A model generated the notes under the pieces. That model saw only the letters and a list, made by a program, of their open reading frames with translations. It did not search any database and was not told where the DNA came from. A DNA stretch of 64,000 nt, from the NCBI RefSeq assembly GCF_000143415.4, contig NW_003314265.1, positions 3,230,529 through 3,294,528 on the forward strand, read 5' to 3'. A program made the translations under genes and the position numbers. Positions 33,399-45,366 of the stretch are shown one piece after another (positions within the stretch are counted from its first letter, which is position 1; every line of letters begins with the position of its first letter). This stretch comes from Selaginella moellendorffii. Taxonomy: Eukaryota; Plantae; Lycopodiophyta.

Positions 33399-36300
33399 AG
33401 GAAGCGTCAAGGCTAATCTCAATGGTCCCAGTCTCTAAGAAAAGGCAATCACCTTGATCACTGTAGACTTAGCTGATTGAGTAGAAAAATATCTAATGAA
33501 GTTTTTGATGGTCGTGCTGAAGGAGGCAATGAAGAACATAACAACGACATAGATGTTGAGATGGATGCTAAATTTGATTTTGATGCTAGTGTTATTGAGG
33601 TTTTTGGTACTGGTGCTCTTAAGACTGTAGCTATTAGTGGTAGGGTATTTGCGTTTGATCTTGGTGGTGGTGGGGGAGCTGTGCCTTTGGCTGCTGAGGC
33701 TGCTTGTGGCAAGGTAGATGAATTTACTGAGGAGGTTATTGGTAGCATTGTAGCTGGATCTACTATAGAGGCTGTTGGGGGCATAGTAGCTACTCCTACT
33801 ACTCCTAAGGCTAGTGGTGCAGGGGGAGCTAGTGGTGGTGAGGGATTATGCATACATGATTTTAACACCATCTTAAATTACCATATTCGGGAACCAATCA
33901 TCTAAGCTCAAGAACAGATAGTTAGTAAAGTGTTATAGGAAATGGCATAGAATGGCCCTTATCGTTTTTTGGTTCCTTTATGCCGGTTGGTTCAAAACCA
34001 TTGTATGTGCTTAACTTACGACCTCACATGGCTATCTATAGCTCCTTTGCAAAGGTTGGAGCACAGTTGGTACCTTCATCGTTTTACAAACTTTCTCTAG
34101 AACTAGTTGGAGAGAGCTAGTGACTACTAAACTTGAGCAAAAATGGGACTTTATATGGCTGCGAAAGTCTCGTGAGTTTGATGGATTCTTAGGACAACAT
34201 GTAGAGACTGCAGAGTTCATTGGAAAGCTCTTTTGGGTGATTGATAGAAATGATAGGTAATTAGCATTTTGGAAGTGCATTCAAGAGAAATTTCGAGATG
34301 ATAAATGACACATTAGTGTTCTAATCACACTTGTCAAACCAATGACTCGGGAGCACACTATGAAGCTCAACATGGCATGCCATAAGATCAACATATAAGA
34401 ATTTATTTTTGTAAACTTAGCCAATATCATGTTTTTGTAGGCTTAACTAATTTGTGTTTTAAACTCATACATTGGTACATGATATTGAGCACTTTCTGTT
34501 TATTGGCATGCTTTCACTAGACGAGGTCAAAATATTGTACAATCATGAGGTATTTGAAATAATTCAAGTGAAGCTAACAGCTAGGAAAGGCCAAGAATTG
34601 CATACTTAGTACCAGCTACCATTTAATTTTTTGGTTGCTGTCTAGGTGAAGGTAAATTAGTATTGAAGTATGTTTGACTTATATAATTTTTGTTGTAGCC
34701 CATAATCAAAGGAGAAAAAGCCTCATTCTTTAAAAATGCTCAAAGGGATGCATAACAGAAGGAGATGGACTAGCTTGCAATTGAGCAACAAATTTGAATA
34801 CAAAAAGAACAAAAGTGAAAAAGTTACTCTCAATTGCAGATATATAACATGGGTAGGAATGGCTTGATAGCATTGCTGAGATTTATTCTTGCATTCATAA
34901 GTTCTTTTAAAATTCATAAAACATTTTATAACTCTTATGTATGTAGGAACATGTAAAGCACCGAAGGAGCTCATTTACAACATCTCTAAGAGTAAAATAT
35001 CCTTTGCCGAATAAAGCATTTGCTTGGAACTTCTCAACACTTGGCTGCAAAATAATGAAAAACGTTGCGAAACAAGGATGGAAAAGGTGATGAAGGAGAA
35101 GGCATATATTTCTTAGAGTATTGCCACTGGTGAGGAGATATTGCAAGTCTGGGACGAGAAGTTTCTTTCTAGCACCTGCACAAATATCACTCTCGAAGAA
35201 TATATTTATGCTTATCTTGTAGAGCTACGGGAATAGTTGGCTTCCTCATGGTGGGACAAGCTCAGCTGAGTTCAAGAACCAACCATTTCTTGCGAGGCAC
35301 ATAATTATAGGTATTTTCTCAATTTTCATTTATATATTGGTATTTATATATATTTTTTTACTTTGTAGATATTTAAAATATTGCTCTGGTGCACCCATAT
35401 ACATAGCTGGTGTTTTGCAAAAGCTCTTGATTAGAGGCAAGAAGCTTGGGATGTATGACCCAAAGTTCTACTATCGTTGTACACATAAGAGGGAGTTATG
35501 CCTGTGGTACCTTGAACTCGTGGAGTAGATGCTAACATTGGACTTTGAGCTGGATCTCTACCTCAAATGTCATTTAAGTTCACTTGAAACTCAATGCTTA
35601 ACTAGAAAATATTAACCTTGAGTTATATTCTTATTTTCTAGAGGCTCTTTCTAACCATAACGACGATGTTGTTGAAGTTCAATAACAAAACCCAGGAATC
35701 CACACTCAAGAAACCATTAGGGAGATGCTAAATCCAAACACCATTGAACCAGAGGAAACTGTACAAGAGATTCTAATACTTGTTCCTCACAACCACCAAA
35801 AGGGCTATCATGAAGCCTTTTATAAGAGTAAGGACTTTGATTTAGAACATTTTTTTAATCATTCTTGACTTCACTTTTTTATAGATGTTGCAAAAAGTAG
35901 CCACTAGTCTTCTCAAAGGATTAAGACATTCTTCCCATCCCTCTTTATGGCTATAGATGATGATTTGGAAGAGCTCTCCTCCACAACTATTCACAAACAG
36001 ATTAGTAAGCATGAATTTTATCTCCAACTACTTGTTCTAATAATTGTGTTTCAGGTTCACCCTCTATCCCCAACGGCCAGTGTTGGGAAAGTTGTTATTC
36101 TCATTAGGGATTACATGCAGCTTTTAGATGCTACTAGTTAGGAGTTCTATATGCTTGATTAGTGGATCCATGGCCTAAATTAGCTCATACCTTATAAAAA
36201 GATTGATTTCATCTTTTTTGATCTTCCTGATGAGATGCCACCACTGCATAAGAATACTCCATCATGGAATGTGTTGTAGGCCTAACACTTTTCCAAACCT

Positions 36301-37121
36301 TACAAGTTGCAAGCAACTTTATATGGTTGTCATGATCCTTCCCCACTCTCTACTATGGGAAGGCCTTCTCGCACACTTGACTAACAAGGATGATGGATTT
36401 ATGGAGTTTTCATTTGGCTGCCTTCTTTCGAGTATACTAGTGAATACAAAAGACACTAGTGGGCAGAAGTGAAAGATGCATGACTTCTTTATTTACAGTT
36501 TAACCCTATTCTTTTTTTTTTTTCCATGTTTATTCCTAGAACTACCATGTTGGGAACTGCCATAAGGCCACATGAGCTGACGAGCATGCTACTTTTGCTT
36601 TACTAGGATACAATAGCTCTACAGACATCATCCCAAATATGATTGACTCAGTGGTTCTTCACCCAGCATTCCTTAGCTATTGACATTATTCGGTCATGGC
36701 TATATAAATTTTGTTGGAGTTATTCTATCTACTAAAGGGGATTGTGTTTGATGCTATAGCAAGATTCAAGTTAATAGTGCAAGCAGCAAAAGAGATAGGC
36801 TAAGTTGTTTTTGCACTTGAGAAGAAGGGTGCCTTTGAGGATATTCTTGGGAGATTTTGTGATAGGTGATGTTAGTGGTTGAAGTAATTTATAATACTTA
36901 TTCTCAAATGTTTCTATGTCATTAAATTCACATTTGTCACACATGGTGTTTCAGTCCACATATTTGATCCTGATGATGTGGATGATCATATAGACTAAAG
37001 TCAATTCCACTTACCTATTTATGTTGAACGTATGGCACAATATTATATGCAACATGAGTCTACAGTGAAGGAGCATCTCACTATACCCATTTCTACTTTT
37101 TTGAATATGGAAGTAAAATAA
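33399..37121 (+). pseudogene. Decayed multi-exon gene: N-terminal ParB/Srx-like domain fused to a beta-class (N6A/N4C-type) DNA methyltransferase-like domain
   Basis: Manual translation through stops: VPLCRL (33972); KLFWVIDRNDR*LAFW (34243, DGNHR-like); VVILIRDYMQLL (36091); KIDFIFFDLPDE...PSWN (36220, motif IV-like); ILLELF...GIVFDAIARFKLIVQAAKEIG*VVFALEK (36708-36825, motifs X-I-II-like). Confidence 0.65.
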
Positions 37122-37410
37122 GACTAAATATGTTCTGATTTTAATATTAATTATATTGTTTAATAGATATTTTTCTTTCTTTGTAAACTAAAAGATTAGT
37201 TAGTGTCAAACCAATAATCTACATAAGCTTATGCAGACGAAGAGATTGCAACTCTTGTGAAGCACTTTAAACACCTAAATTTTAAGTTAAAAATTCTTGG
37301 TTCAGAACAAACTAAAAATAATGCCATTAAATTTTTGTTAGTTAAGGGATTGTATTGACTTATTTTGACTTTCATTGACTTAACTCAACTCAAAAACTAC
37401 CCATCCCCCC

Positions 37411-39054
37411 TCTTGGCCTGGTTCATAGGTGGTGATGTTCTTCATGGCCATGTTTCCTCTATACACGCTCCCAAATCCTCCCAAGCCTAACTCGTTGCAG
37501 AAGTTGTCCATAGCATCCAATACGTGAGCTTGGTCAGGAGCCCCTCAATCTCTGCTGTCATCTCCTCCCATTTCTTGTCATAAACATGTGTTTACGACCC
37601 GCAAGAGGTCAACTGTCCATGTGTTTATCTTTGGCATGACTTGGTCCGTGGCGTTTGCATCCACGAGGAAGGGATCGTGCTGGTCGTCGGCTGCAGATGT
37701 GTCCAGGTTGACAACTTCATAAACACCATGTTCATCTCGTTCAAGATCTGCTTACCATTGTAGAGTTTGTTGGAGTTGCCTTTGAGGAAGCACAAGCCCG
37801 TGCCGTCGTACTTGTATGCGGTTGCCAGGCACTTACAGTCTTGCATGCAGGTGTCCTTGCACTTCACGAGCAACTTGATGGTCCAGTCGAAGTTGTAATC
37901 GTTGAAGTAGTAGTCTGCTCGATTCACCTGGACGAGCTTCACCGAGATCAGGGAGTTTTGACAAGCTCCCAGAGGTATGTCGTAGTCACACCCCTTCGAT
38001 TCGTCGTTTGGATCAACTCAGTGAAATCCAGGAGGACAGCTCCAAGTTCTTATGGGCCTGTAGGTGCAGAGAGCGAAAGGTCCACATGTTCCAAAGATGT
38101 CGCACTCGAGCATGACGGCTTGCCAGACGACGCTCCAGGAGCCACTCTTGTTCTTCGGGCCGAAGCTGTAGATCCTGAGATTGCCATCGTCGTCCAGCGT
38201 AAGTCTCCTCAACACATTCGCATCGTCATAGTCAAGCGCGTAGTCTTGTGAACTCGTTGATCCTCGTACCCAGCTCTTTCCAGTTGCGTCGTAAAAGGAA
38301 AGGACCCCTTGAGAGCTCAAGTTCAAGACGGCCGGGAACTTGAGAGAACGATCAGGCTGGCAAGCGTTGTTGTTCGAGACGTGCTCTCCGGTTTCGTCAT
38401 CCAGGCAAGTCATGGTGGACTTCAGTGTCGGATTTGCAATAGACCAGTACTTTTGCGGGATCTCCAGCTTTAAGTTCTTGAGCAGCACCTGACCACTGTT
38501 GAGAACAAGCATGCTCCAGACTGGGAAATCAACCCCGCGTATCCCAAGGACGGATTTCCTTGTGTGCGGAGCTGCTGCTCGGGCAAAAGGTTGTTCGTTG
38601 GGGAGTCGAAGCTCTGCCATGCAACTTTCTTGTCTTTTCCAAGGACAACTAAGTTCCCGTTCTCGAGCAGCGAAGCACTTTCAGCACAACACTGTCCGGG
38701 ATTGGTTTGCCACAAGGGGGCGGAGCTGCTGCCATCAGTGACGGAAAGTCCTCCCTCGGCTTTCAACTCAAGCTTGGCATTTTCACTCACCTGGACAAGC
38801 TGCCCGTTTGCCATTGCCATCCAGACGACAGTCTTCTTCGGATCTATGTCATACCAGATCGCGAGATTGAAGTTCCGGGTGCTTGAAGACTCAGGCATTA
38901 CGAATCCAAATCCAAAGGTTCCTTCAGGTGATCTCCAAGGGCTTCCTGTTGTGACAGTGCTTCTGCGCAAGAAGTCGTCCAGGACTCTGCTGTAGTAGGT
39001 CGAAGAGAGCAGCAGCATGAGAGTAAGTAGCTTCATGAATGTTGTTTCTGACAT
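37411..39054 (-). pseudogene. G-type lectin S-domain receptor-like kinase, frameshifted and truncated in kinase subdomain II
   Basis: Signal peptide; B-lectin (SPEGTFGFGF, LLENGNLVV, WQSFDSPT); SLG (RRLTLDDDGNLRIY); EGF (CDIFGTCG); PAN (CKDTCMQDCKC); then NFCNELGLGGFGSVYRG, ending abruptly at about 37411. Confidence 0.9.
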
Positions 39055-39573
39055 GGTTTCTCCAAAGCTTGCTCTCACTAGGATATTTTAAATATGCTTT
39101 AATTTTTATTTGAACTTGTATTTATTGAATTTGATTCTAAGTATAGGCTTTATATACATAAGCTAATTGTTTCGCTCATATCTTTTTGCAACGTTGTCGT
39201 TCTAATTGTCTAATAAACTCTCTCGGTGTAGTTTACCCTGCGCGTTTCACATGTCACAAGTTTCTCTGTTTTAATTTCTTTTGCAAAACACGGGAGCCTC
39301 TCACTGACCAAGAAGAAGACCAAGCATTGAATGGTTTGGGTTGGATCCTTTTGTTTTCATACCAGGGGGAGCAAATCTTTTTCCAACATTGCGGGAACGC
39401 CACCTCCTCGTGGTCAATCGAATCTTCATGCTGCTCAAAAGCTCTCTCGAGATTTTTGCAAGTAAAAGCACCGTCAGCTTTGTTATTTCCTAGAAATTAA
39501 TGCGGTGATATGTTACAAAACTTTGCCGGCCCTATGGATTCTACAGCACGATATCAATCTTCTTCTTCCATCG

Positions 39574-41325
39574 CTATAAAACTGCGTTCCACACAGCACT
39601 ATCCCCCTCTCCGCAGCGCTGATGAACAAAGCCGAGCCTCTCGACTGATCTACAAATCCCGCTACACGTCCAATCGAAAGATCCAACACAAACACTCCCT
39701 GCTTGAGCTTTCCACTCACAATCTGTCCAGAAAAGAATTATAGGACAGCGTAAAACAATGGCAAGAACTTTGACTAGTACCTGGAGGAGTTCCACAACAA
39801 AAACTACGATCGTCAATATGATCCACGTCCAGGCCTATGAACCAGGAGCCCAGAGAAACATCCTCGTTCGCATACTTATGCAAAATAGGCCTGGAAAAGA
39901 AAGAAGCTTTCTAGATTAGAAACTAAAACTTGGTAAGGACTATACGTACTGGTTTATGGAGATGTACGTTGCCAAGTCCCTGGAAATCGCATAAACTTGG
40001 CCAGTGGCGTGCCTAAAGTACCGATTGCCGTCTTCGCCGAATTTCCAATACTCGGGTTCGTGATACTTCACTCCTCTGAATAATCACAAACTTGGAGCTT
40101 AGCATTCACGGTAACAGAGCTCTTACTTTTGAGCCAGGACAGGTCCAGACTTCATACATCCAATGTAGGCGCGAGGCTTGGATCTATGCCGAGCCAGAGT
40201 GACAGTGAGCATGCCTGGAAACAACAATAAAGAGAGAAAGAATAAACTTGCAGCNNNNNNNNNNNNNNNNNNNNNNNNNNNNNNNNNNNNNNNNNNNNNN
40301 NNNNNNNNNNNNNNNNNNNNNNNNNNNNNNNNNNNNNNNNNNNNNNNNNNNNNNNNNNNNNNNNNNNNNNNNNNNNNNNNNNNNNNNNNNNNNNNNNNNN
40401 NNNNNNNNNNNNNNNNGCATGACGAGAAAAGGAAAAGAAAGGCGTGTACCAGTCTCAAAAAGTCTCCATGTTGAGCATCTTCTGCTTCAATAGCGTTGTC
40501 GAGAATCCCTCCAGGCGTTGCACTATACCATGTACACTATTATAAACAAAGATTAATAGAGAAGAACTGCATACCTGTGACCAATTACAAATTTTATGAT
40601 AATGCCTTTCTCTTGTTCTAGCTGCTTCCGTTTTTCACCTGTAAGAAAAAATTGTTCAAGGGCGACTGAAAACAATTAAGAGCGTACCAGTAGGCATCCA
40701 AGTCTCACGAATGGAATCTCTTCTTTTCCGACTGCTGAAAGCCGTATTGATCCCAATCACAACGAAAACTTTTTGCCTGGCTTCGCCGGTTTTCTCCATT
40801 GCAGGCTTCTCAGCAGCTCCACCCCCAATCGTCGATGCTTGAGCCGCTCGAACTGCGGCCAATTCCATTTCCAAGGAAGAAATGGTTTTGTCCAAGTTTC
40901 TGAGAGAGAAAAATAAAATAAAATGATATCTAAGCGTGCCAAAGACAAACCTTATAGCTTGATGAGTCTTAGATACCTCAACGTAGACTTCACGCTCAGG
41001 AGTAACTGGTTTCTTCACAAAACACAAAACTGGTTTCATTCCACCACCTGGATGGGAAAACCGGACAGCTTACCGGCTTTGGATCGCATTGTATCTCGGT
41101 AACAAGCTGCAAATGCTCAGTGTTAACAGGAGCTTTGAGTGCTTCAGCTTCAAAGTCCTCAGACATATTCCACATTCTACCACAAGGAAGTCCGTCAGCT
41201 GATTGATTAGCACAGGAACTCTAATGTCTCTACCTGTTTGTAAACAACATCCCGACGAGGAAACTGGAAACGCACAGCACAACCATCCATTTTGCAGAGA
41301 TAGCCGATGCTCCTTTAAGTTTCAT
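39574..41325 (-). CDS. Beta-1,3-galactosyltransferase (GT31, DUF4094 plus Galactosyl_T), multi-exon
   Basis: [13 protein letters not shown]...[71 protein letters not shown]...[10 protein letters not shown]. One exon region falls in an N gap. Confidence 0.93.
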
Positions 41326-42016
41326 CGCTGCAGCATGCCGCTACCTCAAAGACCTTGCATTCTCCTATCTAGTAAGATTGGCGCACAGAGATGGAAAGCT
41401 GCTGGAGGGAAGAAAGTCGCACAGGACAACGAAGAAGCTCTTGACAAAGAGAAGGCAAATGAGAAACAAAAACGAGAAAACCCACAGAAACGCGAGGAGG
41501 ACGAGGGGTACCCAGCCTACAGCGGGATCGGATGAAGAACTCAACACCGGCCTCAACATCCAAAGGGAAAGAAAAAGAAGAGGAAAAAAAAAGGATTTTT
41601 CTCCTGTCTTTGCTTGAACGACTGGCCTGTCCCTGTGGCAACACCACCCGGAGTGCTTGAAATACTTGAGCCCTCTGTCCCTGTTCCCGGTATCGACGTT
41701 TGGTATCCTCTACTTCCGCTAACAATCCGACAAATCCAAGTGTCATTCGAGAGGAATTCCCTTTTCCTCGTTTCTCTGGTTTTCCTGATTCCCTGCTAGG
41801 CCTGGAAGAGCCGCGACGCTCTTCAGCAGACGCCCTCAACCAAACTTTGGCCGGAAAAGAGAGCCACCGTTCTCACACAACCAAGTGTGTGCTGGAAAAC
41901 CACGAGTATATTCTGCGGCTTCAGCACATTCCGTTCCCACGGCCGTTGGAAAGCAGACCACGGGATTTCGTTGACAGTTACCACTGACATGAGAGAGAAA
42001 AAGTTCTGGTTCGTGC

Positions 42017-43147
42017 TCAAGTGTTTTCCGGCGTATCACTGGTAGGACGTCGCTTCTTTCCCAAAACCGGAGCTTTCTCTAGCCGGGTCCCCTCCAGCCG
42101 CCACTTTCTAAACGCTTTCATGGACTCGGCGCCAGCCTCAAACACTGTAGAGAAGAAAAAGGACGAAAACTCGGGAGTGATATACAAAGCGAAATTATGC
42201 TTACGTCGAGTTTCTTCTCTCGTGAGACGCGCCAAGAACTTGGGCGTCACGGTACCGGCGGCAGTGTGTGATTTGCACAGCAAATCCCTGTAGCGGCCGC
42301 GGAGGGAAAACATGAGGAACGAACCGAGTGTCGCATCTTGAGCGCTGACAAAAGAGACGATGAGGACAAATTCTGCCGCTTGCGGGCGATGGAGCCTACT
42401 TACAGCGGGACCAACTTGCAGCCAAGCTCGTAGAAGTAAGGACACCTGCTTCGCAAATCGACACATCCGGGATCCGCTTTAACTTCCTTTCGAATGCTGT
42501 GGGAATCAAAATGTTAGGAAGGAGTACGACGAGAAATAATCAACGCAAAAGCTCCAGGATGAACGCAAAAATAAAAGAACTAAAAGACAACACAATTATA
42601 CAGGAAAACACACACAAGAAAAAGAATGTCATTCTACTTCCTCTATCATGTTTAAAAAGAAGAAGAAGAAAGCAGTATGGGGTAAAAGACAACACAATTA
42701 TACAGGAAAAAAAAAAAAGGAATCGCATTCTCGCTCATGTTCTCAAAGAAAAAAAAAGAATCCGAAGAACGCGAAGAACAAGAACACAAGGAGGAAGAAA
42801 GAAACATCTCAAGGTAAACAAGCGTACCGTTCATTGTAGAAGTTTGGGAGTTTTAACGACACGGCTTGGCTGTACCAAAGCTCCTGCGCCAGCCAAAAGG
42901 GAAGCTCGACTTTGGATCCTACCTCTACCTTCGCGAAGGAACAAAGAATTTCGAGCACAGGAATTCGATCACTTACCTGGTTTTCTTCCGCGCTCGGATC
43001 TAGGATCCCTACTCCAGCGGCCGCGACGCGGAACTGCACTCCCACAGGCTGCAAGACGATGGGATGAATTTAGATCTCGATCTAGATCGCAAGCGAGCTC
43101 ACCTCTTCCTCCGCGAGGATATCATCCAGATCGAAGTAGCTCCCCAT
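42017..43147 (-). CDS. PSF3: GINS complex subunit PSF3, multi-exon
   Basis: MGSYFDLDDILAEEE, GILDPSAE, GSKVELPFWLA, ADPGCVDLRSRCPYFYELG, LTREE...LFEAG...FRKW. Confidence 0.93.
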
Positions 43148-43201
43148 GACGCCCCAAATGCCCTCAAGCTCCCGCCTAGTACTTCGAATTTAGGGCTTCC
43201 A

Positions 43202-43209
43202 TTTGGCGC
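43202..43209 (+). promoter_or_regulatory. E2F-binding site in the PSF3/FAS1 bidirectional promoter
   Basis: TTTGGCGC matches the TTTSSCGS consensus, midway between two replication-gene ATGs 108 bp apart. Confidence 0.7.
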
Positions 43210-43255
43210 GCTTTGGGGCTAGGGTCTCCCGGGCGCCTGGGCTGCGCTATTCGCG

Positions 43256-45321
43256 ATGGTGAGTGCCCGTGATTCTCCTCCCGATAGGAAATGCGGGGCG
43301 ATCTCTTGATCTAATGTGCTTGTGCCATGCCAGGAGGAGAGAGTGGAGGTCATGGATAAGCAGCAGGCAAAAGCTTTGAAAGAGGCACAGCGACTGGTAT
43401 TGTTCTTCCTTGTGGGCGAATGTTTTGTGTGATCTATGGCAATGCAGGCAAAGGAAAGGGAACGGGAAGAGCATCGAGCCAAAAGGGCTGAGAACTTAGC
43501 GAAGAAAGAGCAAGCTAGGGCTGAAAGAGAGGCTCTCAAGCACGTAAGGACTTTTGTGTTTTGTCTATCTATCCTACCTTTGCCCTTCGATGGATCAGGA
43601 GAAGGAAGCGCAGAAAGAAAAAAAACGCTTAGCCAAAGAAGAAGCCGAGAGGAAAAGAAATGCTGTCATCCAAAAACAAGCTGGGATCATGAACAAGTTT
43701 TTTGTTAAAGAGAAACCTCCAGCGCCATTGGAGAGGAGTCCCGTGAAGGAGGCTCCCAAGGAAAATGTCGTAATGTCTGCCATGGATCGAGTTCTTGCTA
43801 CGATTCATACGGAAGCGAACGAAGTGGAGGTTTTCAGGTGATATTAATCTGTTTTGCATGGTCTTCTGACTTGTTTTGCGACTTTTGTTGCTGTAGGAGA
43901 CACTTCGATGAATGGAGAACCTCCCGACGCCAGAAAAAATTTGTGACTTGGGGTTTGAGGAGAGAACCAAAGGTGGACGTGCTCAAGCAGCCAAAGCTCC
44001 AGCGAGATGTCGACGTTTCTAACGAGATCAGTCCTACAGCATTACCCAGTGGGACGCCTTGCATGAAGCTTCTACAATTTCACAAGTGTTTCAGACCGGC
44101 GTACTATGGGACACATTCCAAAAAGAGGTTTGGAGCTTCAATGTGTTGAATGTAGCTTAGTTGTTGATCGTCTTGCGCAGCAATGTTATCGGCGCTCGTC
44201 ATCCATTGAGGAAAGAACCATCACTTGACTACGCTGTTGATAGCGACGATGAATGGGAAGAGGTAGCTCGCCTTGTGCTGGTACTAACAGATCACTGAGC
44301 GTATCTTATGTATCTAGGAGGAGCCTGGAGAGAACCTTTCTGACTTAGATGAACCTGAGGAAGAAGAGAAGATGGACGACGATGACAGCGCAGATGACTT
44401 TGTCGTTCCAGATGGCTACTTCTCGGCAGATGAGGTGCCCCTTTTACTTTCTTCACTACAGATACTGTGAACTTTCTTTTGTTAGCAGGGACTGGACATG
44501 GACACCTGTGAAAATCAAAACAGCTGCTCGTCAAGTCAGGTCCCAAACACTGAAAATGTCAAGAACATTCTCGACAGCGTTGCCGAGCGCGCTCTCAAGC
44601 ACAATTGTCCGTTTGTGCTGCGGAACTTCACTGCGAACTCAACCAGCCAGGACTCCGACAGCGTTTCTCCTTATCGGGATTCGTGTCTTAAAGCGCTAGA
44701 GATACGAGTTCTAGCCGAAGATATATCCATCGAGCCTGTTACTGAGGAGTACGAAGCCTACCCCCAGGAAGTGAAGACACCAATCACTGGCGTCAGGAGG
44801 CGAAGGAAGAGAGAATTAGCCGATTCGGCGCTGCCTGAGATTGTAAGTTGCATTCCCTTGTGGACCTTGACACTGATTCTTTTTTTTTTCTCGTCTGTGT
44901 AGGTGCGATTCCTGCAAGAGTCCTCGACATTGGGAATGAAAAAGATTGTGGAGTCTCTCTCGCAAAGATTTCCAGGTATTCCAAAATCAACGTTGACATC
45001 GAAAGTACGCGAAATCTCCACTTACACTGACAATCACTGGAAGGTAAAAGCGAATGCGTTCTCCTTTCTTTTGATTCTAACACTAAGCTTATATCCAGGT
45101 TAAAGACGAAGTTTTGGCTTTACTGCAGCCTCAAAAGAAGAAGTCTCTTGACGATGAAGGTGAAACGCTTCTTCTCTAAGTAGTTTCTTCGTCCTCTTAC
45201 CAGCTTTGCGATTCTTACAGAAAAAAAAGACGATCAACCTGTGGCATGCATCAACGTCATGCAAAAACGCTGCTTGCCTAACAACGACGAGCCCAACAAC
45301 GAGCCTAACGACGACGCGTAA
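43256..45321 (+). CDS. FAS1: Chromatin assembly factor 1 large subunit (CAF-1 p150), multi-exon
   Basis: K/E/R coiled coil, QKQAGIMNKFF, KLLQFHKCFRPAYYGT, LDYAVDSDDEWEEEEPGENLSD, FVVPDGY, KVREIS...W and C-terminal KRCLP. Exon 1 appears to be the ATG alone. Confidence 0.92.
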
Positions 45322-45366
45322 TAACATTTTGTATATAGAGCCTCGATATTATTGCTGGTCAAAATT

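Noticed and set aside
33458-37100. hAT transposase, or the minus-strand Pro/Ala ORF 33458..33871
   Set aside because: No convincing hAT motifs; the plus-strand reading matches the ParB/MTase-like gene and its homologue at 2.3 kb.
41369-41987. Short ORFs between GT31 and PSF3
   Set aside because: No recognisable domain; likely 5' UTR or promoter of the GT31 gene.
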